64,000 nucleotides of DNA from Eledone cirrhosa (GCA_964016885.1 OZ024754.1:13268001-13332000), one strand, 5' to 3'; shown: positions 14,134-27,689, counted from the first letter of the stretch. The notes: a model not told the origin generated them from the sequence alone. Translations and numbers: made by a program.

Positions 14134-14519
14134 GTGTGGTTGGGTGCTATACAACAGGTGTGTATCATATTACTGAAGATGGTACCGTCACGATTATTTC
14201 TACCATATCCGGTTTAGTTTGTATATAATAAATGTATCATTAAAGTTTATCATAAAATCTTCAAAGTTATATTATATTACATTTTATTTCCATCGTCTCA
14301 GACAACACAGAAGTACGCAATATGAGACTGTGTTGTGTTGACCGTGCTGGGGTGAATAATCGGTTTGGGAGTTTAATTACCTAATTATGCAATCAACCCC
14401 TGACGTCAAGGTTTTCTGTCGTGATCGAACGATGTAACTAACCTATTGAAATATGTATAATGTTATTGAAACATTAAAACTTTAATGCGATATGTTCAGT
14501 CCAACCTTATAACGGTCAG

Positions 14520-14676
14520 AGACCAAGCATTCCGGCATAGAGTTACGTCCCTTTTCGGTCTGAGTTCAAATCCCACCAAGGTTAACTTTGCCTTTCATCC
14601 TTACGGGGTCGATAAAATAAAGTACTAGTAATGCACTGGGATAATTGCTGGCCTTGTGCCAAAAGAAGAAACAATT
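14520..14676 (+). mobile_element. tRNA-derived SINE, Meta/MESC-core-like family
   Basis: B box GAGTTCAAATCC, core GCCTTTCATCCTTACGGGGTCGATAAAATAAAGTAC, tail GCTGGCCTTGTGCC..AGAAACAATT; many copies in the window. Core assignment is from memory. Confidence 0.8.
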
Positions 14677-14825
14677 TTTATATTATTTTTCATTCGCGAA
14701 TACACTATATATATATATACATATATACATATATATATACATACCCCCCTCCCCCATATACATATATATATATATAGTTTGTGGGCATGTGTTGAGTGTG
14801 TGTGTATGTGTGTGCATGTATGTGT

Positions 14826-15085
14826 TTTTATTTTATTTTTCTGAATTTCTCTCCAATAGAGAGCCGGTTTTTATATAAATGTGTGTGTATGTATGTGTAT
14901 GTATGTGGGTATGTATGTATGTATGTGTGTATGTGTGTGTGTATGTATGTGTGTATGTATGTATGTATGTGTGTATGTATGTGTGTGTGTGTGTACGTGT
15001 GTATGTATGTGTGCTTGTATGCATGTATTGTATTTCATTTTTCTCACCAATACAGAGTCAGTTTTTAACGCAGAAACAAGATCCT
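14826..15085 (-). mobile_element. Two diverged R4/Dong-like 3' stubs (14826-14876, 15027-15085) in (TGTA)n
   Basis: Reverse complements AAAACCGGCTCTCTATTGGAGAGAAA and AAAACTGACTCTGTATTGGTGAGAAA resemble the family 1 3' end. Confidence 0.6.
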
Positions 15086-15194
15086 TTCATTGTAAATTAG
15101 ACTCCACCAATTATATAATTATGTATGAAAGGCCCCCCTCTCTCTCTTTCACTTTCTCTCTCTCTCTCTTTCACTTTCTCTCTCTCTCTCTCTC

Positions 15195-15242
<48 letters not shown>

Positions 15243-15329
15243 AGAGGGTGAGTGTGTGTATGTGTGTGCAGCTACGGATGTTGTTGCATGTGTGGATTTA
15301 TATGTCTTAAGTTTTATACACACGTATAC

Positions 15330-16310
15330 ATAAGCACGTATAAATATATTTCTATATCTATACGTATTTCTATATCTATACATATGTATATTTAATTATA
15401 TAAGCACATATACATATATTTCTATATCTATACGTATTTCTATATCTATACATATATTTCTATATCTATATATACAATTACATAAGCACGTATAAATATA
15501 TTTCTATATCTATAATGTATGTATATGCAATTATATAAGCACATGTACATATATTTCTATAGCTATACTTATGTATATACTGTTATAGAAGCACACATAT
15601 ATATATATTTCTATATCTATATGTACATATATCCAGTTATATAAGTATATATACATGTTTCTATATCTATATGCACGTATATCAAGTTATATAAGTGTAT
15701 ATACATATATTTCTATATCTATATATACATATATCTAGTTATATAAGTATATATACATATATTATTAAATCTATATATACATATATCTAGTTATATAAGT
15801 ATATATACATTTGTTATTATATCTATATGTACATATATCTAGTTATATAAGTATATATACATATGTTATTATATCTATATATATACATATATCTAGTTAT
15901 ATAAGTATATATACATATGTTATTATATCTATATATACATATATCTAGTTATATAAGTATATATACATATGTTATTATATCTATATATACATATATCTAG
16001 TTATATAAGTATATATACATTTGTTATTATAGCTATATGTACATATATCTAGTTATATAAGTATATATACATATGTTATTATATCTATATATACATATAT
16101 CTAGTTATATAAGTATATATATACATTTGTTATTATATCTATATGTACATATATCTAGTTATATAAGTATATATATACATTTGTTATTATATCTATATGT
16201 ACATATATCTAGTTATATAAGTATATATATACATATGTTATTATATCTATATATACATATATCTAGTTATATAAGTATATATATACATATGTTATTATAT
16301 CTATATATAC
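15330..16310. repeat. AT-rich 52-54-bp minisatellite, degenerate at the left end
   Basis: Unit ATATATCTAGTTATATAAGTATATATACATATGTTATTATATCTATATATAC; period 52 at 15781/15833. Confidence 0.9.
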
Positions 16311-16599
16311 GTACATACAGTTATTGCATGTAAAGGCTCTGGATTCTTTCATATATTTTTACATTTCAATTAATGGACTGTACTTGCAGCTTTCTAACTA
16401 GGCGTATTGGGTCGATTTAATCGTCTCTCGTGTCCCCATAAATTGTTGCCCTTGTACCTAAATTAGAAATCATTATTCAATTAAAACTTGAAGATATTAG
16501 GATTTTGCTCCTAAAATATCCTTAAACTACTATATATATTTTCCTTGCTATCTAAAGTTATTCATCGACGTGTGTCTAAATTATATATAGACATACTAA

Positions 16600-16851
16600 A
16601 TTAAATGGCGCCGAAGAAACAACACCACGCGTTCGGCTGGACCTCTGTATCATAAAAAGGAAATCTTTTTTCGGGGAAATTATTGCCATTTTCCAAATTT
16701 AAAGGTTTCTTAGGATCTTTCAATATTTATCTATAGGTTTTGCCGCCTGAAGAGCCCGGGCTATCATAGCTGATAGTCCTCAGTGAAATATGTATAACTG
16801 AGTTTTAAATAAACCTGAATCAACTGAATATGGCCTGTGATCTTTTATGAA
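16600..16851 (+). mobile_element. Probable degenerate PLE terminal repeat
   Basis: CTGAAGA, long stem GGCTATCA/TGATAGTC, GAAATATGTATA, then AATAAA and (TA)n; same layout as the HHR at 37700, but stem I is not intact. Confidence 0.45.
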
Positions 16852-17071
16852 TATATATATATATAAATGGAATAGAATGAAACGAAATTTCATTTCTCAC
16901 TCTGAGTACGGCACTTACTTAAATGTAAGTATGTATGTATGTATACGTACATACATATATGTCTACAGACGTAACTGAACTCACTCGATATGCAAATTAG
17001 GCTGCTCAGCCGTTAATATGCATAAGGAAAGTATATACTTTCAGACGTTCAACCATCTGGCAGGAAGGTAT

Positions 17072-17114
17072 ACGATACTGACGATAGCTAATAAGCTTGA
17101 AACTGGTACATCGT
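17072..17114 (+). ncRNA. Minimal type I hammerhead in a PLE terminal-repeat fragment (about 16960-17240)
   Basis: ACGATa CTGACGA t AGC taataa GCT t GAAAC tg GTA cATCGT; innermost stem I pair mismatched. Confidence 0.7.
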
Positions 17115-17333
17115 TCCTCTGTCAGTGTTGAACAAAAAGGTGACGTGGTTGCCTAAACACTGTACGGCGTAATTCGGGCTGTTTGTTTGTTTACAAACAA
17201 ACAAACCGAGCATTATAATAAATGTTCGGTAAACCGATACGTGCATATATATATATGTGTGCATGTGTGTATACATATACATACTACTGTACGTCTGTAT
17301 ACATATATGTATGTACGTATACATAAATACATA

Positions 17334-17386
<53 letters not shown>

Positions 17387-17422
17387 GTGTATATATATAT
17401 ACATATATATATATATATTCAT

Positions 17423-17459
<37 letters not shown>

Positions 17460-17726
17460 CAGTGGTGAAGGGTAAACTGGAAAGCAGGGCATGCAGTCCA
17501 ATAGCCATGGCGGAAAGTGGGGCTGTGCAGCCTTACCCAGCCCCCCCCCCCCCCCCAATTCCCTCTAAATGACCCTCCCGGTCAAAGCTGCATGTAGTGT
17601 TAACTAGTGCGTGTGTGTTATCTGTTTATGTGTCTACGATTTAGTAAGCAGCCAAAATTCTCCTTGATTCAACCGACACAATTGATCAACTCAAGATTCT
17701 ATAACGCATGCATGCACCCCTCGCCC

Positions 17727-17729
<3 letters not shown>
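17460..17729. mobile_element. 270-bp MITE-like non-autonomous DNA transposon in (TA)n
   Basis: Imperfect 14-bp TIRs CAGTGGTGAAGGGT / reverse complement CAGGGGCGAGGGGT. Confidence 0.65.
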
Positions 17730-17813
<84 letters not shown>

Positions 17814-17896
17814 TCATATATATATCATATATATATATATATATACATATATACGTATATTTATATATATATATACATATATATATATACATATAT

Positions 17897-17939
<43 letters not shown>

Positions 17940-17946
17940 TATATAC

Positions 17947-18068
<122 letters not shown>

Positions 18069-18156
18069 GTATATTTATATATATATATACATATATATAT
18101 ATACATATATATACATATATATATATATATACATATATATATACATATATATATAC

Positions 18157-18276
<120 letters not shown>

Positions 18277-18364
18277 GTATATATATATATGTATATATAT
18301 ATAAATATACGTATATATGTATCTTCTTCTTCTTCTTCTTCTTCTTCTTCTTCCCCCCCCCCCC

Positions 18365-18798
<434 letters not shown>

Positions 18799-18975
18799 AG
18801 AGAGATGGTTTTATTCGTACATCTTTATTTTATTACATAATTCTATTATACGCATTTCAAAGATGCCAGAATGGTTATATAATAACCCCCTGGCATATTT
18901 TCATGAGATAGTGTAAGATGCATTTTCCTATATATTTATATGTTACTAGTTTCTCGTGGTGTTTATATCACTGAC

Positions 18976-19071
<96 letters not shown>

Positions 19072-19114
19072 AATATGGTCGATATATACAGAGGATATGA
19101 CTAAATTAGACATT

Positions 19115-19340
19115 CTTAATTCAAATCCCGCTGAGGTTACATTTACCTTTCAACTTTCCAGGGTCGATAAAATAATTGTTTCTACTTTAGGCACAAGGCC
19201 AGCAATTACCCAGTGCATTACTGGTACTTTATTTTATCGACCCCGTAAGGATGAATGTACTTGTAAAATACTGGTGCCAATATAATCAACTTTCCTCATC
19301 ACACAAATTGCTAGCCGTGTGCTTCAAGTAGAAATCATTA
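19115..19340. mobile_element. Old + strand Meta-like SINE with a younger - strand copy (19175-19255) nested in it
   Basis: Degenerate B box and core, then a near-consensus antisense tail+core, then resumption of the old copy. Confidence 0.7.
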
Positions 19341-19659
19341 TATTTTAATTAAATAAACTAATCTAGCTGAGATCAATTGTATAAGACTTAAGACGTTTAG
19401 TTTTAGTTCAGATATCTCCTGGGTTCTAACGTAAGGTCGACAAAAGCCATGTAATTAGATATTGTGTATCTTTGGAAAAGTTGGACCTATAGAAATTCGA
19501 TATAAAAAGGATAAAACTAATAACAGTTTTAATACAATAATGCATTATAAAATGTGTTGCATGGAAAATGTATGTATACATATACGTGTGTATGTATATG
19601 TATGCATACACACACACATATATATACACACAAATATATATATATATTTATGTGTGTGC

Positions 19660-19700
<41 letters not shown>

Positions 19701-19746
19701 GTATACATTTATATATATACCTTCATACATACATATATGTATCCCG

Positions 19747-19804
<58 letters not shown>

Positions 19805-19821
19805 AAACCTTACCCTCTTTT

Positions 19822-19892
<71 letters not shown>

Positions 19893-20646
19893 GGGGGGGG
19901 GGGCTAGATACTCGACTACAATATAAGCAATGTCTCTTAAATTTTGTGCACAAAGTTGCTATGATTTGCATAACCTATTGTCTTTTACAATAAGTTATAC
20001 AAATCATATTGTTACAAATCAATACAGCGTATGTGTGTACAATACATCTTGCTAATAAAAGCAATATGTAATTCATAAAATAATATTATTATTAAATTAA
20101 AGGAGCGTGTGTTTTGGTTGATGTTATTAATAGTGAAGTAAAATGTTGAGCCAACTAGAGGCGGTGTTATAAAAAAAGAATCTCCTGCGTAAAACACTTT
20201 ATATCTACAGCAATCCTGTCATATTTATTGATAGATGTGCCAAACTTCGAGTAGAAAATAAATTAGAAATATCGGTTTTGAAAAGCAATTAATAAATTAT
20301 GATAAAAGAAAATTATAAAAAATAAGATATAAGAAAATATATTTAAAGTGGAACTTAATATTGATCCAAATGAGATATTAGGCAATATGAAGATATTTTA
20401 TTAAATAAATCAGCACGTGTGTTATGGAATATGCAGCGATTGGAAATTTTTTGAAAATAGAATCATAAGCTTTCGCCGTATTTTGACTACTGACAATAGT
20501 CTGCAGACAATAGTCTATAATAGGACATATAAGTCCCCTCACCCCATAACGGAAGAAAAGGGGAATCAGTATGTGTGGGAATGAAGCCAAACGCCTCCTC
20601 CCTTCCAGACAACTCCCTAGCAAACATAAAACCTTTTCACCACATG

Positions 20647-20717
<71 letters not shown>

Positions 20718-20718
<1 letters not shown>

Positions 20719-20875
20719 AGTTATCCCAGGTTCAATCGGGGGTAACCACAGTAAGTAAGGTACTCAATACTCAATACAATGCAGAGTATAAATATTTAAT
20801 GTAGACAAAGCTTCCACAGGACCAGAACTGTTTCATTCGTGAGAAATCATCTGGTCCTGTGGAAGGGAAGCTTTT
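20718..20875 (-). mobile_element. PLE family C fold-back stub
   Basis: Reverse complement matches 25095-25223; short inverted arm CTGGTCCTGTGGAAG. Confidence 0.8.
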
Positions 20876-20892
20876 ATATATATATATATATA

Positions 20893-21617
20893 GAAGTGGT
20901 TACACAACAGTTAGTTCACCATACCGAGAACAATTGTTTCACCTTAGCGGATCTTCAGCTCGGAATGGTCATGGTTATAGGAACAGGAAGGTCAACCGTA
21001 CGAACGCGCATGCGCAGAAACCCGGTCACTTCACACAGGCAATTCTAGACTGCGTGCAAGAGGTGTAAGGGAGATAACTGCGAAAGTCCGAAAAGTTTTT
21101 AGGTTGAAAATAAAATTCCAAAGAATCAGTCCGTAGCCTTGTAGTTATCCAATAGGTGTTTGGCGACGTGTGGACAACGTGTGAAAAATTCATTTCTCGT
21201 GTTTAGGCAATCTCTAAAGAGATTACGCAATAATGATTGCCTAAACACGAGAAATGAATTTTTCACACGTTGTCCACACGTCGCCAAACACCTATTGCAT
21301 AACTACAAGGCTACGGACTGATTCTTTGGAATTTTATTTTCAACCTAAAATTTTTTCGGACTTTCGGAGTTATCTCCCTTACAGCTCTCGCACGCAGTCT
21401 AGAATTGCCTGTGTGAAGTGACCGGGTTTCTGCGCATGCGCGTTCGTACGGTTGTCCTTCCTGTTCCTATAACCATGCTCATTCCGAGCTGAAGATCCGC
21501 TAAGGGGAAACAATTGTTCTCGCTATGGTGAACTAACTGTTGTGTAACCACTTCTACCTAACTCGTCCCATGGACTGAGTGCTCTACCACTACGGATATT
21601 ACCTTCCAGTGTTCTAC

Positions 21618-21620
<3 letters not shown>
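20893..21620 (+). mobile_element. PLE family B fold-back insertion
   Basis: Inverted arms 20893-21212 / 21235-21554 plus a 66-nt tail; 21214-21321 encodes LKRLRNNDCLNTRNEFFTRCPHVAKHLLHNYKATD* (GIY-YIG C-terminus). Confidence 0.92.
20924..20963 (-). ncRNA. Minimal type I hammerhead, family B (other copies 21484-21522 +, 50294-50333 +, 49662-49701 -)
   Basis: CCGAG CTGAAGA t CC gctaa GG t GAAAC aatt GTT CTCGG; palindromic stem III ACAATTGT, as in dimer-forming PLE hammerheads. Confidence 0.85.
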
Positions 21621-21677
<57 letters not shown>

Positions 21678-23020
21678 CATCATCATCATCATCATCATCC
21701 GGCGGCTTCAGCCGAAATGGACTCAACAATTGATCTCCACGTGGGTCTGTCGTTCATTACCGTTGCCAAGTCCTGGATTTCAATACCAGAATCTCTGGAG
21801 ATGACATCGGGGCGGGAGAGCTTGCGCCCTCTGTTATTAGTGACTGCTTGTGGTTTCCAAAGCACTAATGGGGACACAGCCTCAGAGGTGGCACGATGGC
21901 AGTGGCCAGCAAATCGGTGTAGGTGAGCTTGCATCCCCTGTTATTAATGACTGCTTGTGGTTTCCAAAGCACTAATGGGGACACAGCCTCAGAGGTGGCA
22001 CGATGCCAGTGGCCAGCAAATCGGTGTAGGTGAGCTTGCATCCCCTGTTATTAATGACTGCTTGTGGTTTCCAAAGCACTAATGGGGACACAGCCTCTGA
22101 GGTGGCACGGTGGCAGTGGCCAGCAAATTGGGGTAGGAGAGCTTGCATCCCCTGTTATTAATGACTGCTTGTGGTTTCCAAAGCACTAATGGGGACACAG
22201 CCTCTGAGGTGGCACGGTGGCAGTGGCCAGCAAATTGGGGTAGGAGAGCTTGCATCCCCTGTTATTAATGACTGCTTGTGGTTTCCAAAGCACTAATGGG
22301 GACACAGCCTCTGAGGTGGCACGGTGGCAGTGGCCAGCAAATTGGGGTAGGAGAGCTTGCATCCCCTGTTATTAATGACTGCTTGTGGTTTCCAAAGCAC
22401 TAATGGGGACACAGCCTCAGAGGTGGCACGATGCCAGTGGCCAGCAAATCGGTGTAGGTGAGCTTGCATCCCCTGTTATTAATGACTGCTTATGGTTTTC
22501 CAAATCACTAATGGGGACACAGCCTCAGGGGTGGCACGGTGGCAGTGGCCAGCAAATTGGGGTAGGAGAGCTTGCATCCCCTGTTATTAATGACTGCTTG
22601 TGGTTTCCAAAGCACTAATGGGGACACAGCCTCAGAGGTGGCACGATGCCAGTGGCCAGCAAATCGGTGTAGGTGAGCTTGCATCCCCTGTTATTAATGA
22701 CTGCTTATGGTTTTCCAAATCACTAATGGGGACACAGCCTCAGGGGTGGCACGGTGGCAGTGGCCAGCAAATTGGGGTAGGAGAGCTTGCATCCCCTGTT
22801 ATTAATGACTGCTTATGGTTTTCCAAATCACTAATGGGGACACAGCCTCAGGGGTGGCACGGTGGCAGTGGCCAGCAAATTGTGGTAGGAGAGCTTGCAT
22901 CCCCTGTTATTAATGACTGCTTGTGGTTTCCAAAGCACTAATGGGGACACAGCCTCAGAGGTGGCACGGTGGCAGTGGCCAGCAAATTGTGGTAGGAGAG
23001 CTTGCATCCCCTGTTATTAA

Positions 23021-23203
23021 TTGTTTCTACTTTAGGCACAAGGCCAGCAATCACCCAGTGCATTACTGGTACTTTATTTTATCGACCCCGTAAGGATGAA
23101 AGGCAAAGTCAACCTCGGCGGGATTTGAACTCAGATCGTAAAGGGACGTAACTATGCTGGAAAGCATGGCGTCCGACCCTCCACCGATACTGCCAATCCA
23201 CCG
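23021..23203 (-). mobile_element. Full-length Meta-like tRNA SINE inside the array
   Basis: A box TGGCAGTATCGG, B box GAGTTCAAATCC, TSD GCATCCCCTGTTATTAAT. Confidence 0.9.
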
Positions 23204-24291
23204 CATCCCCTGTTATTAATGACTGCTTATGGTTTCCAAAGCACTAATGGGGACACAGCCTCAGAGGTGGCACGATGCCAGTGGCCAGCAAATCGGTGTA
23301 GGTGAGCTTGCATCCCCTGTTATTAATGACTGCTTGTGGTTTCCAAAGCACTAATGGGGACACAGCCTCTGAGGTGGCACGGTGGCAGTGGCCAGCAAAT
23401 TGGGGTAGGAGAGCTTGCATCCCCTGTTATTAATGACTGCTTGTGGTTTCCAAAGCACTAATGGGGACACAGCCTCTGAGGTGGCACGGTGGCAGTGGCC
23501 AGCAAATTGGGGTAGGAGAGCTTGCATCCCCTGTTATTAATGACTGCTTGTGGTTTCCAAAGCACTAATGGGGACACAGCCTCTGAGGTGGCACGGTGGC
23601 AGTGGCCAGCAAATTGGGGTAGGAGAGCTTGCATCCCCTGTTATTAATGACTGCTTGTGGTTTCCAAAGCACTAATGGGGACACAGCCTCAGAGGTGGCA
23701 CGATGCCAGTGGCCAGCAAATCGGTGTAGGTGAGCTTGCATCCCCTGTTATTAATGACTGCTTATGGTTTCCAAAGCACTAATGGGGACACAGCCTCAGG
23801 GGTGGCACGGTGGCAGTGGCCAGCAAATTGTGGTAGGAGAGCTTGCATCCCCTGTTATTAATGACTGCTTATGGTTTTCCAAATCACTAATGGGGACACA
23901 GCCTCAGGGGTGGCACGGTGGCAGTGGCCAGCAAATTGGGGTAGGAGAGCTTGCATCCCCTGTTATTAATGACTGCTTATGGTTTTCCAAATCACTAATG
24001 GGGACACAGCCTCAGGGGTGGCACGGTGGCAGTGGCCAGCAAATTGTGGTAGGAGAGCTTGCATCCCCTGTTATTAATGACTGCTTGTGGTTTCCAAAGC
24101 ACTAATGGGGACACAGCCTCAGGGGTGGCACGGTGGCAGTGGCCAGCAAATTGTGGTAGGAGAGCTTGCATCCCCTGTTATTAATGACTGCTTGTGGTTT
24201 CCAAAGCACTAATGGGGACACAGCCTCAGAGGTGGCACGGTGGCAGTGGCCAGCAAATTGTGGTAGGAGAGCTTGCATCCCCTGTTATTAA

Positions 24292-24474
24292 TTGTTTCTA
24301 CTTTAGGCACAAGGCCAGCAATCACCCAGTGCATTACTGGTACTTTATTTTATCGACCCCGTAAGGATGAAAGGCAAAGTCAACCTCGGCGGGATTTGAA
24401 CTCAGATCGTAAAGGGACGTAACTATGCTGGAAAGCATGGCGTCCGACCCTCCACCGATACTGCCAATCCACCG
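24292..24474 (-). mobile_element. Identical duplicate of the SINE at 23021
   Basis: Same sequence and same insertion point in the unit, 1271 bp downstream. Confidence 0.9.
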
Positions 24475-25027
24475 CATCCCCTGTTATTAATGACTGCTTA
24501 TGGTTTCCAAAGCACTAATGGGGACACAGCCTCAGAGGTGGCACGATGGCAGTGGCCAGCAAATTTTACTCTCATTTTACGTACAACGACAGATATTCAT
24601 GGGAGGTCGGCATATATATCTCTTAAAGGCAGATGTCACCAGCTTATGTTCTGAATACGTTGAAGTCAGCCAGTGTAGGTGCCATCAAGGTGTTTTTGTT
24701 GTTTGGATGAAATATATATCGGTTGTATACTTGTCCCGTATGGTGTACATGCGTCTGGTGAATTCTGGGCCCCAGTTTGGACAATCCCTTTATTCTCGTT
24801 TGTGACCGGCTAGTTTGTCCACAGATCTGATGTGGATTTTGTTGTGATAGCATTGGTCTAAGGATCAGGCAGATCTGGAACTTGGTCTGGAATATTAACC
24901 CGGATCATGAGCCGAATGTTTGTAAAACAATTGTAACCAGAACTGAGCAATATATTCTTCATGTAACATCTCCACTTTGTTCTTATATATATATGTTCTT
25001 ATTATATATCTCTATATATATATATAT

Positions 25028-25223
25028 AATATAGAAAAGGCGTCTACAGGACTAGAACTGTTTCATTCGGGAAAAAGCATCAGGGCTTGCTTCCTGATGA
25101 TTTCTCCCGAATGAAACAGTTCTAGTCCTGTAGAAGCCTTTTCTATATTAGATATTTTTACTGTACTTTGTATTGAGTACCTTACTTACTGTGGTTGTCC
25201 CCGATTGAACCCGGGATAAACTT
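25028..25223 (+). mobile_element. PLE family C fold-back with complete hammerhead (25089-25137)
   Basis: GCTTC CTGATGA t TTC tccc GAA t GAA ACAG ttctagtc CTGT A GAAGC; inverted arm 25028-25083; tail to 25223. Confidence 0.85.
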
Positions 25224-25248
25224 ATATATATATATATATATATATATA

Positions 25249-25443
25249 TTAGTAAAAGGAAAAGAAAATACTGACAAATTGTTCCCAGTGAAAAATAGTT
25301 TAATTAGGAATAAGTAAAAATTAGTAATAGTATTGGTTAGTATTCAGTTAGTATTCAGTTTTCACTGGGAACAACTTGTCAGCATTTTCTTTTCCTTTTA
25401 CCAATATATCATAACTCGTGTGTTACACCTCTATTCTTTTAAA
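25249..25443 (+). mobile_element. Fold-back stub (family J) in (TA)n
   Basis: Arms about 25249-25303 / 25359-25405 plus a short tail; no HHR retained. Confidence 0.65.
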
Positions 25444-25462
25444 TATATATATATATATATAT

Positions 25463-25633
25463 AAATTAATAAAAACAATGAAATAAAAACAAAGAACAAG
25501 TTCCTTATATCTTGACTCTGTTTTCCTATGATTTTTATCGAAAATTTTTGAATGCATCTTCTCTTTTCATGATATTTGGATTACATTGAGTTCTTCATAC
25601 GGATTGGACACTACCGTATATTTTGGTAGATTT
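25463..25633. mobile_element. Short two-armed copy of the PLE at 29262-31352
   Basis: Left part matches 29267-29312, right part matches 31228-31350. Confidence 0.8.
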
Positions 25634-26206
25634 ATATATATATATATATAAACAAAATTATTTATATATATACGCATTTGAAAATATGTCGTCTGTATCT
25701 TGTAATAATATTGGTTATAAAATTTATTATAAAATTGTGGCTAATAATTTCAATACATGTGTGTAAACTACAATGTGGTATTGAGAACAAATAAGTAAAA
25801 GTTAGTACTATAGAATTATAAAGTCAAAACACATAAAAAAGTGTATGAAAATTTATATAATAGAATACAAGTGAGATAACATATTATTACAGTAAAACAC
25901 AAATTGAATTAAAATGAAGTAGATTATTATTATCACAAATTAGAATACGATTATGTATAATAAATCTGGTATATAATGTTGTATATAATGAGAAATAATT
26001 AAAAGGAATCCATAGAAATAGACTTTGGTATGAAGATACATGATGTATTAAATTCTGATTGGTTTAACTACTATTAGTTAAGCACCATGATTGGTGACTT
26101 TAATCTAATAAAGTTTAATCAATAACGAGATGTATAATGGTTTCGTAGACTGCAAGAAACATTTAGATCTAGATTTGAATTGTTTTAAAGTTTCCACGTC
26201 CAGAAC

Positions 26207-26288
26207 AAATGAAATTCTATTTTCCAACTTTCTGGTAAGATACAGAATTCTGTATCTTACCAGAAAGTTGGAAAATAGAATTTCATTT
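26207..26288. repeat. Perfect 82-bp palindrome centred on GAATTC
   Basis: 41-bp arms, no spacer, no mismatch on manual check. Confidence 0.95.
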
Positions 26289-26589
26289 TAGGAAATGTAA
26301 AGTTGGCACGGCTTGTAATTGTATACAGTCCTGCCAACCTCTAAAAACCAAAACGGGGAGTAACATGAAAAAAAGTGGAATGAGGCAAAATGGGAAGATT
26401 TTTTTACATAATGAAAGCTATACCCATTTTCACAAGAGACGCCATCTCTCATCCACCCTAAAGTGGGTGGGAGATCTCCCCGTCGGATGGGGTGAGTTGA
26501 CAGGTCTGTGTATATGTAAAGGTTAATAACCACTCACCCCAAAATACTGATCATCGAAGTCGTTCTGTATACAATATATGATCAAACGA

Positions 26590-27075
26590 AGAGTGGAGGA
26601 TTGGCAGAATTAGTAGAGCGTTGGATAAAATACCATTGTAATATCTATTCTGGTTCTTTACATTCAGAATCATTTGAGTGTTGGATAAATTAGTTTACGC
26701 CATTTGTTTCGACTCTTTACATACCGAGTTCAAATTGAACTCACAGCCATACGATGGTAAACCCAACGATATAACCACTAAGCTACACACCTTCACAGCT
26801 AGAACATTCTTTCATCTACAATTAAATAACGGTTTCTTATTTAGGTACAAGGACAACAATTTTGGGGGCAGGAGAAAGTCAATTAAATCGACGCCAGTGC
26901 GTTACTGGTACGTACGTTGTTTTATCCACCCCGTAAAGATGTATCTTCAACTAAATAATTGTTTCTACTTTAAACACAAGGCCAGCAATTTATGGAGAAG
27001 GGGAAAGTCAATTAGATTGACCCCAGTGCGTTACTGGTACTTTATTGACCCCGTAAGGATATATCTACAACTAAA
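26590..27075. mobile_element. Cluster of degenerate Meta-like SINE fragments
   Basis: TTGGCAGAATTAG head at 26601; two antisense tail+core copies at about 26830-26940 and 26958-27060. Confidence 0.6.
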
Positions 27076-27140
27076 TAATGGCAGGCATAGTCACCACTCG
27101 GCAAGATTGGAACATAACATAAGTGAGCGTAGCTAAAATA

Positions 27141-27430
27141 AAGTCTAAAAGTCTAAAGTCTGTATTAAGCCAGAAGGCTCATTTGGTCGGAGCTTATCCT
27201 GGTTTCATGGTGTGAAGCGACTGAGAGTCAAGACTTCCCCCTGGACAGGACGCTACTCCATCGCAGGATTAAACCCCCAGCTATTTCTGGTACTCATTTT
27301 CAGCTGAGTATACTAGAGCAACGTGAAATGAAGTGTTTTGCTCAAGAACACAACACGCAACCCAGGAATCGAACCCACGATATCATGAACGTAAGTCCAA
27401 CACCCTTACCACTAAGCCACGTGCCTCCAT
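27141..27430 (-). mobile_element. tRNA-derived SINE, V-domain-like family 1
   Basis: A box TGGCTTAGTGG, B box GGTTCGATTCC, GTTCTTGAGCAAAACAC, CCTGCGATGGA..CCAGGGGG, (GACTTTA)n tail; second copy at 60943-61236. Confidence 0.85.
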
Positions 27431-27689
27431 GCGTATCTAACCAAGACGTAACATTTCCTCCACTAATCTAACAACTCTACCAACACACTTATCACTGATT
27501 TCTGTATCATGATATCACAATGGCATAACATGAAAATATCTTCCGTGAAGCAGATTATTTGTTACCAACATTAAGCATCCCAATACAAACACGCACACAC
27601 ACACACACACACATACGCACACACATATAATCATACCCACACACAAACACGCATATATATATATATAAACACACAAATATATATATATC

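Larger units (their letters stand above)
21820..24563. repeat. 107/108-bp tandem array, about 22 units, derived from RTE coding sequence
   Basis: Unit GCTTGCATCCCCTGTTATTAATGACTGCTTGTGGTTTCCAAAGCACTAATGGGGACACAGCCTCAGAGGTGGCACG..GGCCAGCAAAT... Confidence 0.95.
21676..24720 (-). mobile_element. RTE-clade LINE 3' fragment with (GAT)n tail, interrupted by an internal tandem amplification
   Basis: QKHLDGTYTG*LQRIQNISW*HLPLRDIYADLP*ISVVVRKMRVKFAGHCHRA (about 24540-24700) continues as FAGHCHR..LVLWKP..DVISRDSG..MNDRPTWR (21695-21915). Confidence 0.85.

Noticed and set aside
14401-14408. CRE palindrome TGACGTCA (also 62960) and YY1-like AAAATGGCGG near 39529
   Set aside because: Short motifs expected by chance in 64 kb, with no linked gene.
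20893-21620. Fold-backs as MITEs with long TIRs
   Set aside because: Arms are asymmetric, variably truncated inward, and contain GIY-YIG codons and hammerheads, indicating retroelement origin.
21820-24563. CRISPR-like array
   Set aside because: Head-to-tail units with no unique spacers, LINE-derived, eukaryotic context, no cas genes.
25463-25633. Two-family chimera
   Set aside because: The same pair of ends recurs at 29262-31352, so more likely one family with a long tail.
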